This document shows, piece by piece, positions 40,126-53,671 of a stretch of 64,000 nt of DNA (position 1 is the first letter of the stretch; each line of letters begins with the position of its first letter). Under the pieces are notes generated by a model that ran no database searches, was not told where the DNA came from, and saw nothing but the letters and a program-made list of their open reading frames with translations. The position numbers were made by a program, and so were the translations under genes. The stretch comes from Haliotis cracherodii (lineage: Eukaryota): positions 186,001 to 250,000 of the forward strand of contig NW_027266302.1 in assembly GCF_022045235.1 (NCBI RefSeq), written 5' to 3'.

Positions 40126-43100
40126 CTGGGAAACAATGAGCAAGCAGGATTAGAAGGGTTAATAAGCATGTATTGGTACTTAATGGGTTAATCAGCGATT
40201 TGGCAGGGGTTTCCACAGTTATAGAACATTTACAATGAAACAAAAGCTAGGCTTCAACTGTTAGTAATGCCATGACAAGGAAACATCTACATTGCCATCG
40301 TATTCAAATGATCAAACTAGTCCAAAGTACATAAAAGGTCTTATATTTCTGAGTTGATAAAGAAAATTGTGATTATTATTAATTATGTTAAAGTCGTACA
40401 TATGTCAGTAGAAAATAAGTGCACACAGGAGAGAACATCACACAGAACATAAGTGAAGACATTGAATGTACACAGTGGTACTGGTTGTCCAAGACAGCAA
40501 AGGGGAATTAAGAAATATCATTTTTGTTTTTGACCTATTATATTATATAAAATGAATTGTTTCGGGTACTTATAGATAAGTTACATGAATTAATTTTAAG
40601 TAACATTTCTCACAAGGAAGGACAGGAGAAAGTTAAAATAGAACACATAAAAACTAAATATTTTTCATTAAAGCAATTTGAATTGATAGGCTTTTATGGA
40701 TGAATGTTTTAGATCGATTTCATTCTGCATTAATCTCTTTACTGTCACATACATTTCTTGTGTTTAATCATAATTGTGACCCATAAATAGTACAAACAAT
40801 ATGTAGTATTCACATCTACAAGTATTCATTTTCTATTCTAATTATATTCAGCACTATTTCTCCCTTTTACACCTAATGGAATCTGTTTTGGCAGTTTCTT
40901 TGAGACAGATTATTCTCTGGCTTTGCCGTTTTGAATTCGCATACGTCTTAATGCCTAATCTGCCACACTGAAGCACTTAATTCAATTTATGACCAAGTTA
41001 TTACACATATTTAGTTTAATCAAAATCAGTATCAACTATTACTCACGCCAGTCTAGTTTAGGAGTTGTTACCATTCAAAGTTCTCAAGAATAAATAACCA
41101 ATTCTAAGAGAGTGAGTCACAAATCTTATTCTCAGACGTCAATTCTCCAAGGCCACAGAACAGCTCAAGTCTTTCATAAAAATATTCCCCAGCCAATAAA
41201 TATTTTGATTGGCATACAAACATGGAATACAGGCTTTAATAACTACTTCCCTTTAAGATCCTAATCAAACCAGTGATTAAGACACACTTGGTGATAAGCT
41301 GACTACACTGACAATATCCGTGTGACGTTAAGGAGGACGTGTGGAGAAAGATAACTAGGGTACTCCCTCCCCCTGCCAATGCATGTTTCCTTTTATCCCT
41401 ACCCCTGACAATCAGCTTATTACCCCCCAGTTTGTTAATGACCCCTGGGTTACATGCATGAGCCAAGGCTTCATTTATAACGTCTCTGATCATTAACTCT
41501 GTAAATGGTTTCCTAACTAGCATGCATATCCGTTAATCTGTCACCGGGATCCAGGCATGTGGCGAGCAAGGAGAAGAGCGGCTCCCACTACACACTGTCA
41601 TGGAATTAGTGGCCATTAGGCTAAACAGGAACAGCCAATCAGGTGTAACCAACACTTTACGTTAAATAGGAGAAAAACTCTGAACTTTCCTGTCAAACAT
41701 GACAGTTCTCATGAAAAGCATATTTATGTTACTCATAAAAATAATAATCATTAATCTTCCACAATGATACTAAAAAAATGACATATCTGAAGATGTACAA
41801 AGCGAACAGAAAAAAAATATTTGAAAATTTGATTTTTTTCGGTTTAAGAGTGACATGAAGATGTAAATTAGCTTGAATTTAAAGCCATATGTATCTTTTT
41901 CAACACTGGCCTGTGATTAAATCAAAAATCTTAAATAAAATCGAAGAAATTTTACATAATTTTCTCAGTTGATAAATTCTTTAGAAAACCATCATTGAAG
42001 ATCAGATCCAACTGAACTAGAATTCATTATTTCAGCATGGAACGGAGTTAGTATTCATTGTTCATTTAGTATTCATTGTTTCACAACAGCTCCATCAACA
42101 AGTTTGCAAAACTATTTCCTGAGCACAAGTTCTTGGAAAGTTGGAAACTAATGCCCACACTGCCAAAGCCATCTAATTCTTTCCAAGCCTCAGGGCTTTG
42201 ACAAAATTCTAATGATCGTCCTTGCGGGTCTTCAAGAACGGAATAATAATTTACATATTCATCTTGTAAGAATTCTTGCAGACAAGAAGTAGCATTGTCC
42301 AAATTTTGTTAGCTTCAATAAAATGCTCAATCATAAAAACATGTTATAGAGCTGACTTACTTGACTGATTTGAAATCTCAGATGACATTCCGTGTAGGCT
42401 AATATGTACACACTAAGGAGGAATTAAGTACTTCTATGTACTTAAAGTATGGAGATTCTCATTTTCTTTGAAATGTCCTGAAAATGGTTAGCAGTGATAA
42501 GGAATTGATTTTCCCTGAGCAAGCAATCACAGATAAAAGATAAATTTCAGTTGTTCCTATATTATCCTTCTAAAGCTGAGAAAAAAATTACCTATTCACA
42601 GAGTTAACAATACAACTAAACCTCCTTTGTCATTTGGACCTTCAGTTTGAATGTAAACTGAAATAAAAAAAGTATGCTATGGTCTCAGTATTAAAGGGGG
42701 GTGTAAATGTCCAAGAAATGACCAGGGTCTGGGGGTTCGACCCCTATTTCCAACGACTGGTTATAACCATTAATCCTACGGACACCATATCCATTGAAAA
42801 CTTTGGGTTGGACTAAAAAACAAGTCCAGTTTCTACACTGTGAAGACAAGTTGCTCAACTGGTAGACTGCATGCATGACCGTCCCTAGCACTGTTCCAGG
42901 ATGGTGAAAGAGTAGAATTGACAAAATGGATGCAATTCATTGAATTGTTGAATTTACTCCAAACACTACAAATTACCATAGTCAATGTTTATGGAAATGT
43001 GGACTCCAACCAAAGGTGGCAGCCAAAGTCTAAACACACAGCCCGGGGCCTGGGTACAGGAAGCACACATTTTATATCAGCAATGTACTGCACGTGTTCA

Positions 43101-44153
43101 ATTTTCAAAAGGTGTTGAGGTTTGGTTGCAACAAGGGACAGAATTTAGCCGATTCTGTGTGGATCTTTGTAATGATAGGAGGGTATCTCCGTCATAATGG
43201 ACACCAGTTGGTGGGGGACCTGATGTGGAGGCAAACACCAGAGGGCATGACCTCAGTTGGTCACTATCCCCAGGACATCCCTGACCATCCCTATGCACTA
43301 CTGACATTCAGGCCCCTTGTCCAGATGTGTGGTCAACGATTGATGTCATTGAGTGTGCATGACTAGATTGTCATGTCTTGATTTATGAAATTATATTAAT
43401 GTTTCTAAATAAAAATGATCTTGTTTTCTCTGTTTTTGACATAAGTTATGTAGTCATAATTATTATATTGAGTAATGGGAAGCATAATCTTCTGGGGTTT
43501 TTAAAATAACATTACACTATGTCCTCGAGGCCAACAGAAACCAGACTGGATATTCATCAAAATAAAATTATTTATCATTACAAAAAAAGAATAGAAGATA
43601 AGAAAACTGTAAATCATTTCACAACAGAGCTCCAACACAAGATACAGTGAATCTGTTCCAGACTTCAATACAATCACTGCTAGACCTTGGCAATTACAGT
43701 TTCATATCCACTTAAAGGGGTGGTCAGCCTACTGTAGAGGTCATCCACTGCTGACCAAGCAGAGTAATTACTATCAAGTCCACTCTCATCCCCTGTGGTT
43801 GTAGAGCACTAACAGGATTATACCCTGGTTGCTTCAGTAGTGGAACAGTTACTGAAGAGCTTGGTAATAGTCTCCTGAATTCCAGCACACTGTTGTACTC
43901 ATAGCATGTGCCTTGACAGGCTCTGTAGCCAGTGCTGGAGGCAGACATAATCACCCAGTTTAACAATTGGTTTAATCATGATATATCAGACCCTTAATAT
44001 CAAATGGTCTGTAACGTAAAGTCTTGAGCAGGTATCTATGTAAGATACCATTTGCTGTTGTAATTTAACAATTATTTTAGCTCAGCTGTTTGTCACATTT
44101 AATGAAGTCTTCACATATATGTTGCCAGGACTGTATTTCTCCTGTTTTAGCTA

Positions 44154-44460
44154 AGGTGAGGTAAGGTGAAATGGGGTTTAACGTCGCGTCCAAGATTATT
44201 GCATTTATATAGCGATGTGCATGCACGTGTATGTGTGTGTGTGTGTGGCTGCTTGTACTAGACCGGACTGATGCCGATTTATAGTGCTAGTACACTGAGA
44301 TACCATGCCGCAGTTTAACATGAATACCCCACTCAGACACAGTATACTGACTCCGAGCCGACCAGTCCTTGTTTTAGCCCCTTAATGATGCAGCTGGGGA
44401 TTGAACCCCCAACCTTCCACTCTCCGGGCGGACGCTCTACCATTAAACCACGGAGGCAGT
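44154..44460 (-). mobile_element. SINE family C (Meta-like), lacking part of the Meta domain
   Basis: Near-identical to the 27697 copy over the 3' body. TSD gttttagctaag. Confidence 0.88.
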
Positions 44461-45719
44461 CGTTTTAGCTAAGACCAGCATAAGGGCCCAAGTTGGATAA
44501 GTCTATATCTGCCAATAAAATGTGTGCATAAAGCATGATCAGATACCGTTACCGCCCAAATATACTCTGATGAATGTTGCCAGTAACTTTAAAAACTTGT
44601 ATAAATCATATATAAGGACAGGGTTCCATAACCTGTATTTCCATTTCCACCATGTTTTCAGGCATTTATGTCATGTATATATATCATGTTGTCATCTCTA
44701 CACCATATAAATACTCTATTTTTGTACCAGGTCACAAGTGGTTGTTTTTTAACAATAAAATGCTTGTTTCTTGATTCACATATATTTGTGGGGAATGCAT
44801 TCTGTTTCAGCCCTTTGTTGTCTGTACAACTTCAGAATTGAATCTGTGTGCTGAATCTCCATCTCAGGATTCAATTTGACTGTTACAGCCTGTAAAGTGG
44901 GGGTGTAGAAGCACCATTACAAAATATGGTTTCTAATTACACTGGCAGTGTATCTAAAATCATTAACAGCCATGAGCTATAGAACTTGTAAGGAGTTTAA
45001 TCTCCTTCAATTCAATTATCTCCATTTTTCTCCATATAACATAAACTTTGAAAAAAAGAAGCATAATATATAGGTAAGATTTCTGATTATATAATCTGTA
45101 GAGGTCTAGCTTTTTCACTTGCATTTTGAATGTTTTAGGATAGAACAGCCCATGAACAAGCTTGTGTGTTTTCATTACAATTGTCGATAACTGGGAGCGT
45201 GTCAAAATCGAATTTTGGAACTAAAAGCAACTTGTGGATCAGTCTTCATCTTCAAATCATCACCGTTCTTGTAATTATAAATCTGAACAATTTAATTTCA
45301 AAGGACAATCATATATGAGATAACAAAAACTAAATCATCCGATGCAATCTCATTAAATCTTTACTCGGTGTTCAAGTTCCTAACGAACCAGCAGATCTGG
45401 CGGCTTTCACAAGCTGCAATCTAACCAAGTGTCTGTCAGCGACCCCTCTCCTGTCTCCAATACAATAATCCTATAACCTCACAGTCGCCCCATCAACCAA
45501 TGAAAGTTGATACCATTTATCTATCACGATTGGTCAAATTGACACAGTACAGGACCAAGATGACCTTGATGTGAGGTCATCTTGTGGCACCTCGCCAACA
45601 GACATCAGAATGACCTCATCCATTATGACTTACACATTATCACAGGTTTTGCTTTTCTCAAGAGGTAAGCCAGTGTCTGGTGTGTGTCACAGCAAACCTC
45701 AATGTATTGATTCCATGTA

Positions 45720-45830
45720 GTTGTTTGTTTGTTTGTTGTTTAACACCACGTTTAGGCTACATGACAGAGGCCTGTAAATTATTGAGTCTGGACCAGGTTA
45801 TCCAGTGATTCATAATGAGATCCATGCCAT
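45720..45830 (-). mobile_element. Family B 3' fragment
   Basis: (gttt)n tail, ctgtaaattattgagtctggaccag...ccagtgatt. Confidence 0.6.
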
Positions 45831-46034
45831 CAAGATACGATTAGTCTGCTTTTAATGTATGTGATACACAAATGTTTTTTTTTCCATCTTGGTTACACTA
45901 ATTCTCTCAGTGTGAACTCAAGCAGTGACAAGATCAACTTGATCAGGGGTTAGAATCCGTAGTAACCACCATATCCATGCTTGTGGTGTTCGCCAGAACC
46001 ATAAATGCCTCAAACCTCAATAATCTTATTCTTA

Positions 46035-46330
46035 GGGGGATAGGTGGCCCAGTCGTCTAAGGTGCTGCAATTCGCTGTACAGAGTTGCGTCCCCTGGTCA
46101 CGCCAGAAACCTATGAATGTGGGTTTAAATCCCAGTTCAGCCCATTTATGATTTTAGGTTTATCAGCACCTCATTCTCATGGGTTTCACCAAAGTGGTAA
46201 ACCTCAAAGACTTGCATCTCTTCAGGCTTTCCTCCCACTCTAACCTGACACGCCGTGATATCACTGGAATACTGCTAAAAGCGATGTTAAACCCATCTCA
46301 GCCACTCACCCACTCACTCACTTACTCACC
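46035..46330 (+). mobile_element. SINE family D
   Basis: Co-linear with 31630 and 50074. A second short tail fragment follows (~46345-46415). Confidence 0.85.
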
Positions 46331-46439
46331 TTAGCAGTAAACCACATTAAGCGGACATGCCAAGATACACGAACTCAACATTAAATCCAACTCACTCACT
46401 CACTCACACACTCATCAATGTCTGACATATATCAAATAG

Positions 46440-46600
46440 GTGAGTAAGTAAATATCGTTTTTTCACTTGGCAATATTCCAGCTATATCTGGACTGTTAAT
46501 AATCAAGTCTGGAACAGGGAAACCAGTGATTGGTATTATCGCAACATCTCATACTATCATTGAACAAAGACACACAATCAACCATGTCCTGATCCTCAAC
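46440..46600 (-). mobile_element. Family B, degenerate
   Basis: gcaatattccagctata...aataatcaagtctggaacag...ccagtgatt. Confidence 0.55.
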
Positions 46601-46601
46601 A

Positions 46602-46959
46602 CCTGGGCCAATCGTAAACCTGTCGCAGATCGCTCAGAGCTACGACACCTATCTGTAGCGGGAGAATAGCTCGAAAATCGTCAAGCATATTGAGGCGACA
46701 AGTTCTGTCTCGGAATATCCTTGGTCTTGTCATCTAATCATTGTCATCTTCATCATGAAAAATGTCCAAAATATGGCGCCATCTTGAATGAAGATGAAAT
46801 AAACTTATGACAGGTATAGGGCTATCTTAAATTTACAACAAACTTAAGATATCTTAGATCTACGATAGTTTCGAAAATAGGCTACGATAGCCTACGATTT
46901 CCTTACGATAACTTTACAATAATTTTAGGGCTAAGATCGTTTCGAAAATCTAGGCCCTG
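46602..46959. mobile_element. CpG-rich MITE-like fragment (possibly PIF/Harbinger-type)
   Basis: Starts ctgggcc and ends ctaagatcgtttcgaaaatctaggccctg. Repeated tacgat motifs; a similar end occurs at ~881-929. Confidence 0.35.
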
Positions 46960-47564
46960 ACAAACCTCACCACCTGTAATTGCTTGACTGAAAGCGGAAG
47001 CAATGAGCCACACCAACTGGCTACCATGACACAGAATCAGCCCCACTGTAACCACCCAATCCTCATTTGAGACAGCTTTTATAATAAGTGGCCTATTCTT
47101 CCCTGACAAATATATATTCTATGTGTTGTATGTACTTTCATCACTCAAAGGACTGAAGGAAAAAAGAAGACGAGGCAAATGATGTCTTTGATCATAGTCT
47201 AAAAACAAACAGGTATATATATTTAAGGGGATGCTTCAACAAGAGGTATATGTCTCTATTACAGAGTTCATCAATTTGAATATATTTACATGAGGCTATG
47301 AATTTATGGTTATCAAATGTTCGGAAATTTGTTTTTCATTCATTTTTCATTCATTTTTGATCACATTATTTTTCAGACAATCTTTTCATCTGTAAGATAA
47401 GAAAACTATTTCGACTTTCCAATTTAAAAAAGAGGACATGATGATAGCACCGACATACACTGGAGAGTATGCAGCAATTTACATGCAATATACATGCGGA
47501 AACTTACAGTATTAAGATGTGTGAGACTAGATGAGATGTCTGCAGGGTGCAGAAAAAACATTTT

Positions 47565-47780
47565 TGTTTTGTTTGTTTCTTGTTTAACAGAGCACTCAGC
47601 AGTAGTCCAGCTATATGACAGCAGCCTAATCACGCCTGACAGTAAAAACAGTGATTGACATTATGAACATCAAGCTGGGTACAATGACAAACAATCAACA
47701 TTGTCGGTAAGCCTGGCCATCTGCATCAATTTAGTCACCTGGGGGGTAGGTGGAAGCCACTGACTCTAACCCAGAATCCA
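47565..47780 (-). mobile_element. Family B, degenerate
   Basis: gcactcagca..tccagctatatgacagc...cagtgattgacattatg...aagcctggcca. Confidence 0.55.
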
Positions 47781-48091
47781 CACAGAGTGGTCAGCAAGAC
47801 CGCAGCTATATCAATGGAGCCTATTAATGCCATCATGGACTGATGAATAACCATCAACAACGCCACAGCCGAGAGTCTAAGTATTATATCATACCATATT
47901 CAATCTTGTTACAAATCAGACCTTTTAAAACATTAAGACAGCCGTATCTCATTTTTTTGTATCTCAAAAATGAATGTCATCGAGAAAATCCGAAAAATAA
48001 TGCCACATGCACACCGTTGTTGTGAATATATAAAAAAACCTGTATATTGAGAGCACCATGGCATCTACACCTAGGAGGGTTCCTATGGAGG

Positions 48092-48260
48092 AGGGGCGGT
48101 CGGGTAGCCTAGTGGTTAAAGCGTTCGCTCGTCACGCCGAAGACGCGGGTTCGATTCCCGACATGGGTACAATGTGTGAAGCCCATTTCTAGTGTCCCCC
48201 ACCGTGATATTGCTGGAATATTGCTAAAAGCGGCGTAAAACCATACTCACTCACTCACTC
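48092..48260 (+). mobile_element. tRNA-derived SINE family A, best-preserved copy (~170 bp)
   Basis: A box TAGCCTAGTGG, B box GGTTCGATTCC, (ACTC)n tail, TSD cctatggagga. Confidence 0.95.
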
Positions 48261-48599
48261 CTATGGAGGATGGAGGGCATGTTTGTGTTCTGGTGATGTC
48301 TTCCATGTCATGGATCAAAATTTCCTGATTGATGCAGTAAAGAAGCTGAAATGTTTCAGAAAGCTGACATCTGATTTTCTTAAGCAACCACACATCCTTC
48401 ATTTTGATTGGGCGGTCAAAGTTTACAAAGGGTTCACCTGAGGTCACTTTCTATGGAGGTGTCAGACATGTACCATATTGGAGTAGATGAGATGGATACC
48501 GTGTCATAAGACTCAATCTGAATCCTCTGCCCTCAAGGTGGTGATGGAAAAGTAAGATTAAAACATTCTGGTTTCCCATGACACTGTTAATCTGGGGAC

Positions 48600-49050
48600 C
48601 CTTCACCTGGAAGCCCTACTAGGTTTCCATGTATGGCACCAGTACTTGTGGCCCTGTTCACAATGAACAACTTTACTCAACAGACATTGTGACCAAAGAA
48701 TTCACATTTTAGTTGCCCATTCTTTACAAGAATCTCTATGATGTTTCCATGTATTGCACCAACACATGTGTCGATAATGAACTTTACCTAAAAGACATTT
48801 TGACCAATTGATCCACATTTCAGTTGCCTCCGATGCTAAACCTGGGGACTTATCCTTTACCAGAATCCCTATGATGTTTCAATTTATTGCACCAGCACAT
48901 GTGTCGATAATGAACTTTACCTAAAAGACATTTTGACCAATTGATCCACATTTCAGTTGCCTCCAATGGTAAACCTGGGGACTTATCCTTTACCAGAATC
49001 CCAACGAGGTTTCCATTTATTGCACCAGCACATGTGTTGATCATGAACAA
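48600..49050. repeat. Tandem repeat, 133-bp unit, ~3.3 copies
   Basis: Unit starts at about 48730, 48863 and 48996, with a diverged copy before. Confidence 0.8.
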
Positions 49051-50073
49051 CTCTCCCCCTTGTTATCCAGCCATAGGCCTGCAATCACCGACATTCATGC
49101 CTGTGTCACTCAGTATCTCTTGAAGCATGTGGGTCATCATCCAGCTCATAAATCATTGGTCAAGGAGCCCTCCAGGTGCTGGTCAAGTCTGGACACTTGG
49201 AAAAGGGCACCTGCTATTTCTGTTCAAGAGAGCATGTGATTGGCCACTTCACTGATGCCAGCTCCTAATTCTCACCAAGGAATCTGGTCAGGAGAGACTT
49301 TAACACTCTAACCCTAAACAATGAGCACCATCCAGTCTAATACAGAGGACCCTGAAGCATGGAGGTGATTAGCTGGACAATATGTCACTCAGTCTGCAAC
49401 ATGCAATCAATGAAAGTGGAAACATTGATTCAAGCTTGTCTAGTTTAACTCGAACTTTGTCACACAAAAGGCACTGGCTTTGGATTCCAGACCATACTAT
49501 TTCTCTATGCCAACAACTGTTTGACTTCTTAGGGAACACACCTAAGATAGAATGTTTACATTAAAATTAGCTTGATTTCATGAACATGAAAAAAATCCTA
49601 TATTTGCCCTCAAAGCAGGATGGGAATAAAATGATCATAATGGCTAAAGAGTCAGAATACTACTTTGGTCAGTGACCACCTGGAAGAACCATGACCAATT
49701 ACCATAGTTCTACTAAATATTTATGAAGTCTGTTCCAAAGACAGACATCTCATTCAGTATTTAAGTCCAAATGGCCTACAGTACAATTGAAGTGAAAATA
49801 TTTTGTTACATGAAAATAGTTGCAAGAAATATTTAAACTAGGTTTAGTATAAAAGGGAACACGTTTTAGAAACAAAGCTAAAGAATGTATATGGTCTACA
49901 CTTTTCGAATATATATCATTGAATATTGTCTGTTGACATTTGTACATCTGAACAAGATAGAGTAAATGTTTTAATCGTAAATGTGAAAAACTACTACAAA
50001 TAAACAGCAAAGTCTGTTTCGACAACAATCAACTGCCAATTCCTCCTTGTGTTCATTTCACTTTTATGCAATG

Positions 50074-50362
50074 AGGGGGGCACGGGTGGCCCAGTCATCT
50101 AAGGCGCCGCGATTCGCTGTGAAGAGTTGCGTCCCTTGGGCACACCAGAAACCTATGATTGTGGGTTCGAATCCCTGTTCGCCCCGATTATGTTTCCAGG
50201 TTTGTCAGCACCATACCCGTGCTCGTGGGTTTCACCGAAGTGGTAAACGTATGAGACCTGCACAAATTCTGGCTTTCCTCACACATTAAGCTGACACACT
50301 GTGATATAACTGGAATACTGTTAAAAGCAGCGTTATTCCCAAATCACTCACTCACTCACTCA
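50074..50362 (+). mobile_element. SINE family D, well preserved
   Basis: A and B boxes. TSD ctt(t)tatgcaatgag on both sides. Confidence 0.9.
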
Positions 50363-51533
50363 CTTTATGCAATGAGGTCTGTTTCTATGAGGGTTTAATT
50401 AAATCACTTCAGCTATTTTGTTTTCTTATACTTCTACATGTTGTAACCTGATTAGAATCTCAACAAAGCAAGATGTAAAACAACTCAACAGAACTCTCGA
50501 CACCATTTATGGAACTTACAAACTCCAGACAATTTGACACTGACAAACTGGCAGTAATCCCCGATCAGACCGTGTGCCATGTTACTGCATAGCAAGTAGC
50601 CTCCTCCAGCAGCAAAACAAGCATGTGAGCTACAAAATGTCTGTCTCAAACACGGCCAAACATGTCACGGCAATATGCAGAATTCAAACAAGACCCTCAG
50701 GGCTAATACAGTCTGCATCACAGTAACAGGTTCCATGACAGGACATGATCATAATTGAGTTGCAGCCTTTTTAAATGTCACCGATGCAACCGCGGAGGAC
50801 AGGTCCATTTAATCAAACGATTGGCGGTTGTGTAATCAGACGCACACTTCATGATAGGAATACTTGACAAAAACAGCTCATGTGGATGGTTCCTGGCCAT
50901 ATTGGCCGAGATGGGCTGTGCTATTAGCATACCCAGATCTGGTTCCTGGACATATTGGCTGGCATCTAGTGTGGCATTAGCATGCCTGGATCCCTTCTGT
51001 ACATATACTTCCCAACTTCAAACTAAGTAACTGTCTTCTCCAAATTCGTTTCATCGCCTGACAAAGGTATCAAGGGGATGATGTAATTCAGTGATGGCGG
51101 CACTGTCGTTCAGTGCTTACACACTTTATTGGTTGTATCAAAGGAAGAAAGTCTTGGCTCAGTGGATGAAAGTCCTCATTCCATGGCATCTTCCCTTAGG
51201 TTCTACATATCTATATGCAGGTTCCTGCATAACTTGAAAGCCTGCCTAAGGGTAACCACCACTTGTAGGATCTATCCAGTCTAACCATCTCGTCTGGAGA
51301 GAAGTGTTTGGCTTCCAGATATTATGACATGTCTTTTCCCGAACACCTTGTTTTATCACTGATTTTCACTGGTCCATTCATGTAATTTCCACATCTATTG
51401 ACCTTTATACCAAGTGGAATTTGTTGCGGCAGTTAATCTCTTGCATTGACAATTTATATTCCTATCACATGTTCTTGTCAAGTCATATTGATGAAGTCTT
51501 CATTACTAATGGGGTATTGATCAATTTATATAT

Positions 51534-51949
51534 TGTAACTAATGTTATATTTGGGATAACACTTTCTTAGTAAAGTACAGATTCTAGTACTTTTTTGGGT
51601 TGAGTCCCGTCCAGGATTCGAACCCACACCTGCCAGGGTGAGGCACCTTATCGCCAGCACACAAAGTCAGCGATCTAACCCACTCAGCCACCGAGGCTTC
51701 CACAAAAATGGAAGTCCGACAACTGGTAGTCTAGATCACGTACTTTGAGTACCCACCCGACAAGTGCAAATTGGCACGGCTCCCATGGCCGAAAGCTATG
51801 AATACACAATGCCATTTAGAAAGTGGTCAAATGTAACTAATGTTATATTTGGGATAACACTTTCCAAGTGTTATAACACTTTCCAAGTGTTATCCCAAAT
51901 ATAACATTAGTTACATTTGACCACTTTCTAAATGGCATTGTGTATTCAT
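51534..51949. mobile_element. tRNA-headed element with permuted 298-bp monomer and 65-bp terminal inverted duplication (Penelope-like insertion architecture)
   Basis: Direct repeat at 51534 and 51832. Minus-strand A box TGGCTGAGTGG and B box GGTTCGAATCC (51603-51697). Perfect inverted arms 51798-51862 and 51885-51949. TSD attta(t/c)atattg at 51524-51535 and 51951-51962. Confidence 0.7.
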
Positions 51950-53671
51950 TATTTACATATTGCTGTTTGTCACCTACCCAAATGGTATTCATGCCCTTTA
52001 CCCTTGTGACCATCCAATCTACATTTTACTTGCTCCTTGTGGACAGAACTCCCAACAACGACGACTACATGGCTTTGTTCAATTTAGATCCATCAATTCC
52101 TATATTCTCTAGAAGAACATTTTTAAAAAAGGAAGAAAAGAAATTTCTTAATAACTTTTTTAGGTTAAGCTATAAAACTGAACTACAAAAACTCTATGAT
52201 TCATAATCATAAATGAAAAGTGGCAACCTCATTTAACCTCTTTTCAGAAAACTCACATTCATTAATATAATTTGCTTATAATAACTTTTAATATGTTCAT
52301 GAATTACTAATTCAGAATTAAAAACATAAAATAATTTCTTCATACAAAGTTTTTCCTACTCAACAGGTGTAATACTTTTCCCCTGACACAGTTAACGGAA
52401 TACTTATATCTACATTTAAATACATGTAGTATGAATTATCAGTGCCCCTTTCAAAACATAATTACCCGATACACAAGAAAGTAAATAAGCACAAATAATT
52501 TACTACCACAATATTCCATATTTACAAAATGGTATTAGTATGAGGTCTGAGTTGTAAGGACAAGAACAAACTAATTACAATGGAACATCTGCTTTCTATA
52601 CACCTCAACATGGGAACTTGCCTTCAAAGAAAACACATGGTAATATGACTGTGAAATATGGACTTTGATTGACAAGGGCTTTTTCTAATAAACAGATACA
52701 CAAACACTGAAATAAGATAGCTAAAGAGGAAATGAAGTTGTGCCTCCATCACACACTCTCCATAAACCAGCAGAGTGGGTCATATAATATAGGTAGTCAT
52801 TACCCTGTTCACCTGGGCTGACTCGCCTCGACAGGGGGGGCAATTACCATGTCCAGAGAGCTCTGCGTATCAGGTAAGGGACATTTACTGGGGGTATTTA
52901 TAGGCGTGATGAAATGGAATAATTCCCCACCGGACATTGGGCAGGGACTTGTAATTTATTCCACTGCTCCCATGATTAAGTCTGTTAAGTGCCATGGGAC
53001 GCCATGAAACATTATACTTACATCTGACCGACAAACTTTTCAGACCCATATGTGAAAGAACATTGGATTTGGTTTATGAAAAGTTATTGAAGCTAAGTCT
53101 TAAATGATAGACCATGACAGTGAAGCGTATCCCATCAGAACCCAGAACCACCCAAACCGATTACCCCCCACGACCAAACACACCCACTAACCCTTGTGGG
53201 TTATCATGTTGTTGTAAGTCTTTCAACACTTGGAGAGTGTTCTACACAATAACACTTAACACATTTCAACTGCATAGTCAGCTGACCTACATATGCGCTA
53301 CCTGTTATTAGAATCAGAACAATACATCTAATAAATCAACTCACAGGAACTACACCTGAACCTCAGTGATGGTTACAGGCTGTCGGAGATCTATTTACTT
53401 GGTTCACCTATACATTTGGGTAAATGATATGGATGACCATCATGAAGAATATATGGTGAAAAACTAGAAAAAGATATAGTTAACATGAGACAGTATTGAT
53501 CAGCATAATTGTAAAATCGATAAACAGGTTTAGGTGAAGTACATCCTCATGCTGATCCAGAAAAAGGGGCATTGACAACAGATGTTGTTCAATGAGGATG
53601 CCAGTGATATGTTGCCATTGACTGCATCATCATGATAGCATAGTGTCATTATTCAAACTGATCATACTCTG

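Noticed and set aside
48095-48170. Functional tRNA genes in SINE heads (also 51603-51697 and family D)
   Set aside because: Acceptor stems are incomplete, and each is embedded in a repeat with body, tail and TSD.
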